Shown: positions 38,315 to 48,423 of the stretch, one piece after another
Layout of the letters: every line of letters starts with the position of its first letter
Numbering within the stretch: the first letter of the stretch is position 1
Assembly: GCA_937888365.1 (NCBI GenBank)
Contig: CALBFA010000073.1
Span: 44,686-108,685 of the forward strand
Source of the DNA: an uncultured Fidelibacterota bacterium
GTDB lineage: Bacteria; Fidelibacterota; UBA8477; JABMPR01
Direction of reading: 5' to 3'
Length of the DNA stretch: 64,000 nt
The notes under the pieces: model-generated
Told to the model about the DNA's origin: nothing
Seen by the model: the letters and a program-made list of their open reading frames with translations, nothing else
The model's database searches: none
Position numbers and translations under genes: made by a program

Positions 38315-38677
38315 ATGACGAATTCGGGAATCGGAACAGACATCGTTGCAACCAAGAGAATAAAAGACCTATTAAATCGTCTTGGCCAAAAATTCAAACA
38401 AAAGATTTATACTCAATCAGAGATGGAATATTGTGACCAAAGAGCAAGCTCCTTCTTGCATTACTCAGGTCGATTTGCTGCAAAAGAAGCTATCGCAAAA
38501 GCAATGTATCAAGCGGGCGTAGACGCCGTCATCCCATTTAATAAAATTGAAATCATGAATGATCCACAAGGAAGACCGCACGTTTCGATTCAAGGATATG
38601 AAAATTTTACATGCGATGTTTCTATTTCTCACGAAAAAGATTATGCAATCGCTTTTGCACGCGTGGAGCAGCTATAA
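38315..38677 (+). CDS. acpS: Holo-[acyl-carrier-protein] synthase
   Basis: GIGTDIV, GRFAAKEA..KA, G.P, SISHE..YA.A. Confidence 0.95.
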   Translation: MTNSGIGTDIVATKRIKDLLNRLGQKFKQKIYTQSEMEYCDQRASSFLHYSGRFAAKEAIAKAMYQAGVDAVIPFNKIEIMNDPQGRPHVSIQGYENFTCDVSISHEKDYAIAFARVEQL

Positions 38678-40206
38678 AAAAATATCTTAGCATTAAGGGC
38701 AATCGGAAAGTTGATGATTACGCCATTAAAGGATGTCATATCAAAGGCGATATTCTCATGGAAAATGCAGGCGTAAAAACGGTGTCCCTTATGTCCGAAA
38801 ATGGCTATCTCGATGAGAGTGTCCAAAATATTCTAGTGATTGCCGGTTCCGGAAATAATGGAGGCGACGGGTTTGTCATCGTTAGTGAACTCATTAAATT
38901 GGGTAAAAAAGTGATCCTTTTATTGAGCACATCTCCTGAAAAAATTAAAGGTGATGCACGTGTTCATTATACAAATCTAGCGACTCTAGATTTTGTTACA
39001 ATTCCCATTTCTCAACTGGATGAGACGCTATCAACGTGTCATCTTATCATTGATGCCTTATTAGGAACGGGTATTTCAGGTAAAATGAAAGAGCCATATA
39101 TTGAAATTATTAATGCTTGTAATAAGGCAAATCTCCCCATTATTGCCATTGATGTACCATCGGGTATGACGGGTGACGAAGGAGGGATTCTCGCGCCATG
39201 TATTCACGCTAATGTGACAATTTCAATGGGATATGGTAAAATTGGATCACTTCGAGAACCTGCGAGAAGTCATTGCGGTATTACTGAAATTATTGACATT
39301 GGATTTCCCCGTGACTCGCATAAAGATATAGGCGATGAAATAATGATTCAAGCGTTGGAATATGATGATTTTCAACCCTTCCCCATAAAACGATCTTCCG
39401 ATGTTCATAAGTATAAAGTAGGAAAAATTGGCGTTATCGCTGGGTCTAAAGGTTATTCAGGCGCCGCCATTATGTCTGCTTTAACAAGCCTAAAAAGTGG
39501 AGCGGGCATCACACGACTCGCCGTCCCGGAATCAATTGGACAAATAGCAGAAATGGCGGAAGCGGAGCTCATAGTTAGCTACGAAAAAGAGACAGCAGAT
39601 GGCGCGTTTAGCCGTAACGCTTTGGATTCGTTGGTAAAACTTGTGAAATGGAGTGACACTCTTGTACTCGGCCCTGGAATCGGTCGAAATGATGAAACTG
39701 TAACGCTTGTGCATCAGATATTGAAAACGTGTAATACACCACTTGTGCTAGATGCCGATGGCATATTTGCCGCATCGCAAGCACAAAGCCTGATAAAAAG
39801 CTATAAAAACGAGATCATCCTAACGCCTCATTGGGGAGAATTTAAATTTTTAGTCGCGAGTGTAGGTGATATCTGGAAACAAGCTCAATCCTTTGCAAAA
39901 GAAATGAACTGTCATCTTATTTTAAAAGGAGCTCCAACCATTTATTGCAATCCAACAGGTGATGTTTTTGTGAATTCGACAGGAAATCCTGGAATGGCAA
40001 CAGCCGGAAGCGGCGACATTTTATCGGGGCTTTTGGCATCATTTATTGCACAGGGAAATGACATAGAAAAGATGATACAACTTGCGATTTTTTTACATGG
40101 AACCGCTGGCGATTTTGCCGCCATGAACAAAGGCGAGTTTGGGTTAATGGCAGGTGATATTATCGAAAATATTCCTGATGCAATTTACGAAATGAGAGGG
40201 TTATGA
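38674..40206 (+). CDS. nnr: Bifunctional NAD(P)H-hydrate epimerase/dehydratase
   Basis: LMENAG, GSGNNGGDG, DALLGTG, AIDVPSG, HKY..G, GPGIG, DADG, LTPH.GE, MATAGSGD. Start uncertain: ATA at 38674 proposed; the ORF track gives 38611. Confidence 0.9.
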   Translation: MKKYLSIKGNRKVDDYAIKGCHIKGDILMENAGVKTVSLMSENGYLDESVQNILVIAGSGNNGGDGFVIVSELIKLGKKVILLLSTSPEKIKGDARVHYTNLATLDFVTIPISQLDETLSTCHLIIDALLGTGISGKMKEPYIEIINACNKANLPIIAIDVPSGMTGDEGGILAPCIHANVTISMGYGKIGSLREPARSHCGITEIIDIGFPRDSHKDIGDEIMIQALEYDDFQPFPIKRSSDVHKYKVGKIGVIAGSKGYSGAAIMSALTSLKSGAGITRLAVPESIGQIAEMAEAELIVSYEKETADGAFSRNALDSLVKLVKWSDTLVLGPGIGRNDETVTLVHQILKTCNTPLVLDADGIFAASQAQSLIKSYKNEIILTPHWGEFKFLVASVGDIWKQAQSFAKEMNCHLILKGAPTIYCNPTGDVFVNSTGNPGMATAGSGDILSGLLASFIAQGNDIEKMIQLAIFLHGTAGDFAAMNKGEFGLMAGDIIENIPDAIYEMRGL

Positions 40207-40589
40207 GACCAAAATATTGGATACCATTTATATGCTATACGGCACTAATTATATTTATGTCAAGTTTATCCCAGGGCGTTGTTTCTAAATATTTTTCGTG
40301 GGCAGATTTTGTCCTCCATTTTTTAGAGTACCATTTTTACGGACTCACCTTATCTTGGCTTATTATGCAGGATAAAGAAATTTCGGAGTATAAACATTAC
40401 CTAATCTATATTGTTGTCGCCGGAATTATTCTAGGGAGCGGAGACGAATTATATCAGTCGTTTACGCCCAGTCGCATTTCGTCTATTAATGATGTCATTA
40501 GTGATAGCGTTGGCGTATTGGTATCGCTAGGTAGTTTTAGGCTTGCCATGAATTTTGGATGGATCAATCGGTGGAGAACAAATGCTTAA
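40203..40589 (+). CDS. VanZ family membrane protein
   Basis: IF..SS, H..EY, DE.YQSFTPSR..S..D...D..G. Confidence 0.8.
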   Translation: MRPKYWIPFICYTALIIFMSSLSQGVVSKYFSWADFVLHFLEYHFYGLTLSWLIMQDKEISEYKHYLIYIVVAGIILGSGDELYQSFTPSRISSINDVISDSVGVLVSLGSFRLAMNFGWINRWRTNA

Positions 40590-42234
40590 AACTCTTAAGA
40601 TACAAAACTTCGCTATCGTAGATTCCGCAGAAGTCACTTTTGGTCAAGGATTTAACGTTATTACGGGCGAAACGGGTGCCGGGAAATCGCTTATTATTGA
40701 TGCCCTAAACGTCGCATTGGGAGAACGAATACATAAAGATATGATTCGCGATGGTGCCAAAACAGCGGAAGTTGAAGCAATATTCGACTTGAAAAATGGT
40801 GAGGTATTAACCCTTAGGCGTGTTGTCCCTTTATCCGGGAGTTCAAAAGTTTGGATTAATAACAAAAACTCTTCGGTGCAAGCTTTAAAGAAAATTAGCC
40901 AAAAGCTCGTAGATTTACATGGGCAACACGAACATCAATATCTGCTAAACGAAGATCATCACGCAGGCTATTTAGATTCTTTTGGAAATTATGAAAATCT
41001 ATTAATTGAAGTTCATGATTTGTATAAAAAATTGACGGATGCCATTCGACATCTTCATGAATACGAAATTATGAAAAATAAATTGGACGACCAACGTCAG
41101 CTCTATGAATTTCAATTAAATGAACTCAATCAGTTTAATTTTAAACTCGATGAACAAAAAAAACTTGAGCGCGATTTAATGGTTTTAGAGAATGCTCAAG
41201 AACTCATGGAGACGTCCAATTCCGCTCTAAATCTTATTTCTGGGCGGGATCGATTAATTGATTCACTACAATTGCTTATAAAAGATTTAAAGGATATTGG
41301 AAAAATTGATGATCAAGTATTGCCTTTTATTCAGGAGCTTGAAACGGTTGAAATTTCCATAGAGAGCGTTCAGGATTTCATCGATTCATTTTCATCAAAA
41401 TTGGAAGCAGATCCACTTTCATTAGAGAAATCGAGACAAAGGCTTAATCAAATCAATATGGTTTGTCAAAAATACAATAAAGCTTTTGGTGAATTAATTG
41501 CATATCAAGAAGAGATTTCGAAATGGCTTTCCGAAGCAGATAGTGGAATATTTGACAAAGAAAAGTTAGAGAAAGAAATTATGGAGTTAACCCAATCATA
41601 TTCTGAGAAAGCCGAATTATTACGAAAAAAACGCCAGATTACAGGTGTCGATTTAGGAAAACAAATTCGAGCTCGATTGAAACACATGGGTATTCCACAG
41701 GCTCAATTCGATGTTGTTGTGGAACTTGAGCCTCACGAAAAAGGGATCGCTCTTATTAAAAACAAGCGTTATCAAGGTACAGCAAACGGAATTGATCTTG
41801 TTAGTTTTTGGATGCAAGCGAATAAAGGTGAAACGCTAAAACCACTTTCGCGTATTGCTTCGGGTGGGGAAATCAGTCGAATTATGCTTGCCCTCAAAAC
41901 TATTATGGCGGGAAAAGATGGTATTGCGACCGTCGTATTTGATGAAATTGATGTGGGTATTAGCGGCAGGATAGCCCGAACCGTTGGGCATGAAATGCGT
42001 AAGTTAGGAGAATTCCATCAAGTAATAGCCATCACACATTTGCCACAAATTGCAAGCTTGGCGCATAATCATTATCGTGCCGAAAAAGTTGAAATTAACG
42101 AAAGGACAGTAACGCGAATTAGTTTACTGGAAAATCAAGAGAGAATTAATGAAATTGCGTTGCTCATCGGCGATGGAAAAGGTAGGGAAAGTTCTCGTCA
42201 GACGGCTATTGAACTCCTTGAAGATATCAATTAA
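40582..42234 (+). CDS. recN: DNA repair protein RecN
   Basis: ML..L.I.NFAI, TGETGAGKS, HGQHE, ASGGE.SR.MLA, FDEID.G, ITHLPQIA. Confidence 0.95.
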   Translation: MLKTLKIQNFAIVDSAEVTFGQGFNVITGETGAGKSLIIDALNVALGERIHKDMIRDGAKTAEVEAIFDLKNGEVLTLRRVVPLSGSSKVWINNKNSSVQALKKISQKLVDLHGQHEHQYLLNEDHHAGYLDSFGNYENLLIEVHDLYKKLTDAIRHLHEYEIMKNKLDDQRQLYEFQLNELNQFNFKLDEQKKLERDLMVLENAQELMETSNSALNLISGRDRLIDSLQLLIKDLKDIGKIDDQVLPFIQELETVEISIESVQDFIDSFSSKLEADPLSLEKSRQRLNQINMVCQKYNKAFGELIAYQEEISKWLSEADSGIFDKEKLEKEIMELTQSYSEKAELLRKKRQITGVDLGKQIRARLKHMGIPQAQFDVVVELEPHEKGIALIKNKRYQGTANGIDLVSFWMQANKGETLKPLSRIASGGEISRIMLALKTIMAGKDGIATVVFDEIDVGISGRIARTVGHEMRKLGEFHQVIAITHLPQIASLAHNHYRAEKVEINERTVTRISLLENQERINEIALLIGDGKGRESSRQTAIELLEDIN

Positions 42235-42237
42235 ATA

Positions 42238-42765
42238 ATGACTGGAACGAGAGGGAAAAGACGAAATATGATACAAAATATTATTAAAACGAATGGATTA
42301 ATACTCATAACTGGTATTGCTTTTTTAACAGGATTGTCATCTTGCTCTTCAAAAGATAAAGTCACTTTTGAAAATGGTATAGGTTTCAATATCCCCAAAG
42401 TAACATCACTATCCTTCTCGGATTTGGAAGTAATATTAAAAACAAATCATGAATTGCTCGGCCTAGAATTCACGCTCCTCTGGGATGACCAACTTATTGA
42501 AATCGGTGATCCTGAAGCTGGCGAGAGTAATAAAAATATGAACGTGAGATACAAAAAAGAAAAGGGTCGAATGCGTGTCATCATGTTTAGTTTTCAGGGA
42601 GATTTAATTCAGACCGGTGGGAGTATTATTCATTTACCTATCAAGGCAAAACTTAAAACAAAAGGAGAGACTGTTCTGGGTATTGAATCGGCAGTTTTCG
42701 CCGGAAGAAACGGCGCTTCTTTTGAGTTACCTGTTTTTTATTCATCCCTTAACCTAAAAGAATAG
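42238..42765 (+). CDS. Hypothetical lipoprotein, cohesin-like beta-sandwich
   Basis: Lipobox LSSC; ..[10 protein letters not shown].. and RVIMFS..G..I..G pattern resembles cohesin domains. Start may be the later ATG. Confidence 0.45.
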   Translation: MTGTRGKRRNMIQNIIKTNGLILITGIAFLTGLSSCSSKDKVTFENGIGFNIPKVTSLSFSDLEVILKTNHELLGLEFTLLWDDQLIEIGDPEAGESNKNMNVRYKKEKGRMRVIMFSFQGDLIQTGGSIIHLPIKAKLKTKGETVLGIESAVFAGRNGASFELPVFYSSLNLKE

Positions 42766-42773
42766 GACTCATT

Positions 42774-43802
42774 ATGATAGATTTACGTTCCGACACCGTG
42801 ACAAAACCCACCAAAGACATGCTAGCATATATGGTGCAAGCGGAAGTAGGTGATGATGTATATGGCGAAGATCCAAGCGTCAATATTTTGCAAAATAAAG
42901 TAGCCCAATTATTCAACAAGGAAGCAGCACTTTTTATGCCATCTGGTACAATGAGTAATCAAGTTGCTTTAAGGACGCATTCTGAACCAGGGGATGAGGT
43001 TATCTGCGATACGAACTGCCATATTTTTAATTATGAATCTGGTGCTGCGGCGGCCTTAAGTGGATTGCAATTATTTCCAGTTAATGGTGAAAAAGGTATT
43101 CTGACACTTGAGCAAATCGAAGATTTGGGTCGTCCTTTTGATCATCATTTTCCACAGACGAAAGTTGTGACGCTTGAGAATACGCATAATCGCGCGGGAG
43201 GCACCATTTATCCCATCAATGAGATTAAAAAAATTGGCAAATGGACGAGACAAAATGATTATGGATTTCATCTTGATGGTGCCCGTTTAATGAATGCTTC
43301 CGTGGCTACGGGCATATCGCCTAAGGATTATGCCGAATATTTTGACTCAATCAGTCTTTGCTTCTCGAAAGGTTTGGGGACACCTGCAGGGTCGATTCTG
43401 ATTGGTTCTCAATCTTTTATTCACAGAGCACATCGAAATAGAAAAATGTTCGGTGGTGGTATGCGTCAGGTTGGATTTCTCGCAGCAGGAGCCATCTACG
43501 CATTAGATAACCATGTTAAACGATTAGCCGAAGATCACCATCGAGCAAAACAATTGGCCGAAACATTAGACGAATTAGGTATGTTAGAAAATGAAATGAA
43601 GTGGACGCAAACGAATATTGTAATGATGAAAGCCCCCAATGGCAATGCAGATGATATCGTCGTTGCACTTTTTGAGGCAGGTTTAAAAGTTTCCCTCGTC
43701 AATAATCATAAAATTCGACTTGTAACACATTTGGATTTTTCAGATGACGATTTGGAACGATCAATCAAAATTCTGAAGAAAACCATGAAGGATTTTAATT
43801 AG
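42774..43802 (+). CDS. ltaE: Low-specificity L-threonine aldolase
   Basis: [49 protein letters not shown]. Confidence 0.93.
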   Translation: MIDLRSDTVTKPTKDMLAYMVQAEVGDDVYGEDPSVNILQNKVAQLFNKEAALFMPSGTMSNQVALRTHSEPGDEVICDTNCHIFNYESGAAAALSGLQLFPVNGEKGILTLEQIEDLGRPFDHHFPQTKVVTLENTHNRAGGTIYPINEIKKIGKWTRQNDYGFHLDGARLMNASVATGISPKDYAEYFDSISLCFSKGLGTPAGSILIGSQSFIHRAHRNRKMFGGGMRQVGFLAAGAIYALDNHVKRLAEDHHRAKQLAETLDELGMLENEMKWTQTNIVMMKAPNGNADDIVVALFEAGLKVSLVNNHKIRLVTHLDFSDDDLERSIKILKKTMKDFN

Positions 43803-45155
43803 ATGGGAAATAAAATCGTCATTGTTGGTGCTGGAGACGTAGGATTTTACCTCGCAAAAACACTCTCAAAAAGGGATAACAGCGTTACAATTATAGACCT
43901 CGTTGCTGCCAAATGTCAACGGGCTCGACAAAATCTAGATATTCTAGTGATTGAAGGTAATGGAGCTCAATCGAAAATTCTCCATGAAGCAAAAGCCGAG
44001 GAGGCTGATATTTTTCTGGCCGTGACTCGAACTGATGAAGTCAATATTATTGCTTGTATGAAAGCCCATAAAATGGCGCCAAAAGCGCGTATTTTGGCTC
44101 GAGTAAGAAGTAATGATTATCTAGATAAATATTCGGTTTTAAATCTAAAAGAACTCGGTATTGATCGTGTTATAAATCCAGAGCAAATGGTTGCGAAAGA
44201 GATTGTTCATCTGGTTCAAAATTCCATTGCTCAGGAAATTATGACCTATGCCAATAACGAACTTTATATGGTGGCGCTTTACCCAAAAAATGATTGCGAA
44301 ATTATGGGATGCTCGCTTCAAGAAATCGGTCAAAAATACGAAGATTTAGCATTTCGAACTGTTGCTATTGAGCGAAACGGCGAGACGATTATCCCAACGG
44401 GGAAAACTGTCTATATGAAAGATGACAAAACATTTGTCATTTGCCGAAAAGATCGGCTCGAAGAAATGTATCGATTGTCAGGCTATCGCCGCGAACGCAA
44501 GTTGAAAAATATCATGATCTTAGGGGGGAGTAAATTAGGACGGCTTGTAGCAGAGGAGCTGTCGGGACATTTTAATATCCGTTTAATTGAAAAAGATATT
44601 GAAAAACTCAAGCGTATTTCCAAAGAATTACCTGAAGTACTTCTCCTTGAAAGTGATGGCTTGGATATGGACTTTTTGGAAAGTGAAGGGATCGCCGAAA
44701 TTGACGCCTTTTTAGCGCTGACAAATGATCAAACGACCAATCTATTTGCGGGGCTAATGGCTAAACAAATGGGAGCTTCCAAAGCCATCGTTCATGTCAC
44801 AACACCCGATTATCTACCGATTGTACATGGATTGGGGATCAATTCCGTTGTCAGTAAAAATATTTCTACGGTGGATGCCTTTATGCGTTACGTATTGCGA
44901 GGTCGTGTGCACTCTGTTATGATGCTCGAAGGAATTGAAAGCGATATTATTGAATTATCGCCATCTCCTAATTCTAAGATTATTGGTATTCCATTGAGAG
45001 ACATGGATTTTCCAGTGGGAGCGATTGTCGGTGCTGTGATTCATCCTGATAGTGTAGAAATTGCAACCGGAAAAACAGTAATCGGTCCGCAAGATCGTGT
45101 TCTGGTATTTACAAAAGAGAATAAGGTAAGTGATGTCGAAACATTATTCGTTTAA
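43803..45155 (+). CDS. trkA: Trk system potassium uptake protein TrkA
   Basis: Two RCK/NAD-binding domains (GAGDVG; GGSKLG), DEVN, INPE. Confidence 0.92.
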   Translation: MGNKIVIVGAGDVGFYLAKTLSKRDNSVTIIDLVAAKCQRARQNLDILVIEGNGAQSKILHEAKAEEADIFLAVTRTDEVNIIACMKAHKMAPKARILARVRSNDYLDKYSVLNLKELGIDRVINPEQMVAKEIVHLVQNSIAQEIMTYANNELYMVALYPKNDCEIMGCSLQEIGQKYEDLAFRTVAIERNGETIIPTGKTVYMKDDKTFVICRKDRLEEMYRLSGYRRERKLKNIMILGGSKLGRLVAEELSGHFNIRLIEKDIEKLKRISKELPEVLLLESDGLDMDFLESEGIAEIDAFLALTNDQTTNLFAGLMAKQMGASKAIVHVTTPDYLPIVHGLGINSVVSKNISTVDAFMRYVLRGRVHSVMMLEGIESDIIELSPSPNSKIIGIPLRDMDFPVGAIVGAVIHPDSVEIATGKTVIGPQDRVLVFTKENKVSDVETLFV

Positions 45156-46626
45156 ACATTTCAGTATTCTGCCAATTATAAATTTAGTGGCAATTTTAAG
45201 CGCATTCATTGGCCTAACGATGGTCTTTAGCTTATTTGTTGCACTTGCTTATGGTGAAGGTGATGCGTGGGCAATTGGAAAGTCCATGATAATCTCACTC
45301 TCATTTGGAGCCATTCTTTGGGGTGTGAGTCGTCATGATTATGAAATGAATTCAAGACAGGGCTTCCTTTCTGTGACATTGAGTTGGATCGTTGCTTCCG
45401 CCTTTGGTGCATTGCCTCTCTATTTTGCAACAGATTTCTCATACACCGATTCTTTCTTTGAAGCGATGTCCGGATTTACGACGACGGGAGCTTCTGTCAT
45501 CAGTGATATTGAAGCGTTGCCACATGGCATCCTCTTTTGGCGGAGTTTTACACATTGGCTTGGTGGCATGGGAATTATTGTTTTTACAGTGACTATAATG
45601 CCCCTTTTAGGAAAATCAGGGACACTTCTTTTCGCTGCAGAAGCTCCTGGCCCCGTCAGTGACAAGTTGACGCCTAAAATCAGTGAAACTGCTACACTAC
45701 TTTATCTAGTTTACGCTGGGATTTCATTTGCTGAATATCTACTCTTGTGGTTGGGTCCAATGGATTGGTTTGATGCCGCTTGCCATACATTTGGTACAAT
45801 GGCGACAGGTGGATTCTCCACAAAAAATACAAGTGTTGCATATTTTAACAGCCCTTATGTCGATTGGGTGATCATTGTTTTCATGATTTTGGCGGGAACG
45901 AACTTTGTCTTACACTATGCAGGTCTCCATGGGAAAGTGCTAAAATATTTCAAAGACAGAGAATGGCGTTTTTGGATGTTTGTTCTCCTTGGTTCCACGC
46001 TTTTTATTTACGGCAATCTGCTAACGGATCATTTTTATGACCAATCAACAAAAGTAATATCAGATCTAAAAGAGAACCCATTTCGACAAATTGTATTTCA
46101 AGTTGTCTCTATTGTTACAACGACGGGGTTTGCAACGGCTGACTATGAAGGCTGGTCTATTTACAGTCAAATGCTGATATTTATGCTTATGTTTGTAGGT
46201 GGAATGGCAGGAAGTACTGCAGGTGGAATAAAAGCGATTCGAGTACTCCTTTTTATGAAAATGGCTTTCGTCGAACTCCGACGGATGATTCACCCCCATG
46301 GCTATCTACCCGTGAAACTTGGGACTGAAATCGTCGATGAGGGTGCTATTAAAAATACAATAGCCTTCCTCCTTTTTTATGTGTTAGTGATGGGAGTAAC
46401 GACGCTCACGTTTACATTTTATGGGCATGATATCGTTACCAGTATGACGGCAACCGTCTCGATGCTCAGCAATGTTGGCCCAGGATTAGGCGATATAGGA
46501 CCGACTAACAATTTTGCTTTTTTCGCCGATTCAGAAAAATGGATTATGTCATTCGTCATGTTAATGGGACGACTGGAAATCCTTACCGTTATAGTAATCT
46601 TTAATCGACATTTTTGGAGGTTTTAA
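45130..46626 (+). CDS. trkH: Trk system potassium uptake membrane protein
   Basis: FE.MSGFTTTGA, WLGGMG, ATGGFS, TTTGF, GSTAGGIK, NVGPG, GRLE. Confidence 0.94.
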   Translation: MMSKHYSFKHFSILPIINLVAILSAFIGLTMVFSLFVALAYGEGDAWAIGKSMIISLSFGAILWGVSRHDYEMNSRQGFLSVTLSWIVASAFGALPLYFATDFSYTDSFFEAMSGFTTTGASVISDIEALPHGILFWRSFTHWLGGMGIIVFTVTIMPLLGKSGTLLFAAEAPGPVSDKLTPKISETATLLYLVYAGISFAEYLLLWLGPMDWFDAACHTFGTMATGGFSTKNTSVAYFNSPYVDWVIIVFMILAGTNFVLHYAGLHGKVLKYFKDREWRFWMFVLLGSTLFIYGNLLTDHFYDQSTKVISDLKENPFRQIVFQVVSIVTTTGFATADYEGWSIYSQMLIFMLMFVGGMAGSTAGGIKAIRVLLFMKMAFVELRRMIHPHGYLPVKLGTEIVDEGAIKNTIAFLLFYVLVMGVTTLTFTFYGHDIVTSMTATVSMLSNVGPGLGDIGPTNNFAFFADSEKWIMSFVMLMGRLEILTVIVIFNRHFWRF

Positions 46627-47402
46627 TGCCCTTTGTACACTTTGATTTAAACGAAAATATTGCCATCGTTACCATTGCAAGGCAAGATAAAATGAATGCA
46701 CTCAATCCTGTTATTATGGATGAATTAGAATCCATATTTTGTGCGTTAGAAAAAAATGATGCGTGCCGGGTGATAATTTTGACAGGAGCGGGTGAAAAAG
46801 CGTTTGTTGCTGGAGCGGACATTAATCAATTCCCAACAATTACACCTGACGAAGCGATGAAAATCAGTAGACATGGCCAAAAGTTATTTACAAAAATAGA
46901 ACGCAGCACCAAACCTGTAATTGCCGCCGTTAATGGCTATGCACTCGGCGGGGGATGCGAATTGGCCCTCGCATGTCACCTTCGTTATGCCTCGGAGAAT
47001 GCGTTTTTTGGCCAACCCGAAGTTAATTTAGGTGTCATTGCGGGATATGGTGGAACCCAACGTTTACCACGACTTATCGGAACGGGAAACGCTCTCGATT
47101 TACTTCTTTCAGGACGAATGGTTTCGGCTCAAGAAGCGAAAGAAATGGGCATTGCCAATAAAGTATTCCCCCTAGCAACATTCATGGAAGATGTTTTAAA
47201 AGTCGCCAAATTAATGGTTCAAAAAGGACCACTCGCCTTAAAATACGCACTGAAATCTGTTTACGAAGGTCAAGGTCTTCCAATAGAAAAAGCGCTTGAA
47301 GTTGAAGCACAGATGTTTAAAGAAGTATTTAACTCACAAGATCGCGTTGAAGGATGTGCGGCTTTTATCGAAAAAAGAAAGCCTCTATTCAAAGGAAACT
47401 AA
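46626..47402 (+). CDS. Enoyl-CoA hydratase/crotonase
   Basis: NAL, AFVAGADI, AVNGYALGGGCELA.AC, QPEVNLG...GGTQRL.R; start at 46626 after GGAGG. Confidence 0.92.
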   Translation: MPFVHFDLNENIAIVTIARQDKMNALNPVIMDELESIFCALEKNDACRVIILTGAGEKAFVAGADINQFPTITPDEAMKISRHGQKLFTKIERSTKPVIAAVNGYALGGGCELALACHLRYASENAFFGQPEVNLGVIAGYGGTQRLPRLIGTGNALDLLLSGRMVSAQEAKEMGIANKVFPLATFMEDVLKVAKLMVQKGPLALKYALKSVYEGQGLPIEKALEVEAQMFKEVFNSQDRVEGCAAFIEKRKPLFKGN

Positions 47403-47409
47403 TATAGAT

Positions 47410-48423
47410 ATGACATTGCATTTGAGTTGGAGAATCGTTGAAATTCACCCAAAGTTTGCGTTTAAAATTGCGCGGAGTACCCGAACAAGTTATCGCGTTG
47501 TTATCGTTAAGTTAAGCGATGGAAACCATACGGGGATCGGTGAAGCTGCGCCTAATCCACGCTATGAAGGTGGGCCAGAGGACGTTATCGCGCGAATTCA
47601 TAATAATGAAAAGGCTATACTTGAATTGCCTATCAATGATTACTGCGAGAGGCAAGAACGACTCGAAAAACTTTTCCCCGATAGCTATTCGACTCAGGCG
47701 GCGCTTGATGTCGCATTTTGGGATTTATATGGAAAGCAAAATGACATTCCATTACATCAGGAATTTGGTGGCAGTATTATGCCAATTTCGTCCTATACCA
47801 TTGGAATCAGCGATGAGGAACTCATCAAAATAAAAATTGATGAAGCCAAGGATTACCCCATTCTCAAAATTAAATTGGGTAGTCCTGACGATATAAAAAT
47901 GATGAATACAATTCGTAAATATACGGACAAAAAACTCTATGTCGATGCGAATGAAGGCTGGAAAACGCTGGATTTAGCGAAGGAACGCGTGGAATGGCTA
48001 TCGTCGCAGGGTGTTGAATTTATCGAGCAGCCTATGCCCAGCAATATGTTGGAAATGACAGCAAAACTCCGAGAATTTTCGCCCCTTCCCATTGTGGCCG
48101 ATGAAAATTCCGTGCGACCCGAAGATGTTCCGAAACTGAAGGATGTCTTCGATGGCATCAATATTAAGTTGATGAAATGTGGCGGACTTACGAATGCTCG
48201 AAAAATGATTCGCACAGCGCGGGAACTCGATTTGAAGGTCATGCTTGGATGCATGGTGGAAACATCTGTCGGCATATCCGCCATGAGTCAACTCGGCAAA
48301 CTCGCTGACTGGCTAGATTTGGACGGCAATGTTTTACTTGCTGACGATCCATTTCAAGGTGTCAAAAATGAAAAAGGAAATATTATTTTGATGAATAAAC
48401 CAGGGATTGGAGTCATCCATTGA
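47410..48423 (+). CDS. Dipeptide epimerase (L-Ala-D/L-Glu epimerase, enolase superfamily)
   Basis: F.IAR, GEA.P, KIKLG, VDANEGW, IEQP, ADE, NIKLMKCGG, GCM.E, DLDG. Confidence 0.88.
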   Translation: MTLHLSWRIVEIHPKFAFKIARSTRTSYRVVIVKLSDGNHTGIGEAAPNPRYEGGPEDVIARIHNNEKAILELPINDYCERQERLEKLFPDSYSTQAALDVAFWDLYGKQNDIPLHQEFGGSIMPISSYTIGISDEELIKIKIDEAKDYPILKIKLGSPDDIKMMNTIRKYTDKKLYVDANEGWKTLDLAKERVEWLSSQGVEFIEQPMPSNMLEMTAKLREFSPLPIVADENSVRPEDVPKLKDVFDGINIKLMKCGGLTNARKMIRTARELDLKVMLGCMVETSVGISAMSQLGKLADWLDLDGNVLLADDPFQGVKNEKGNIILMNKPGIGVIH

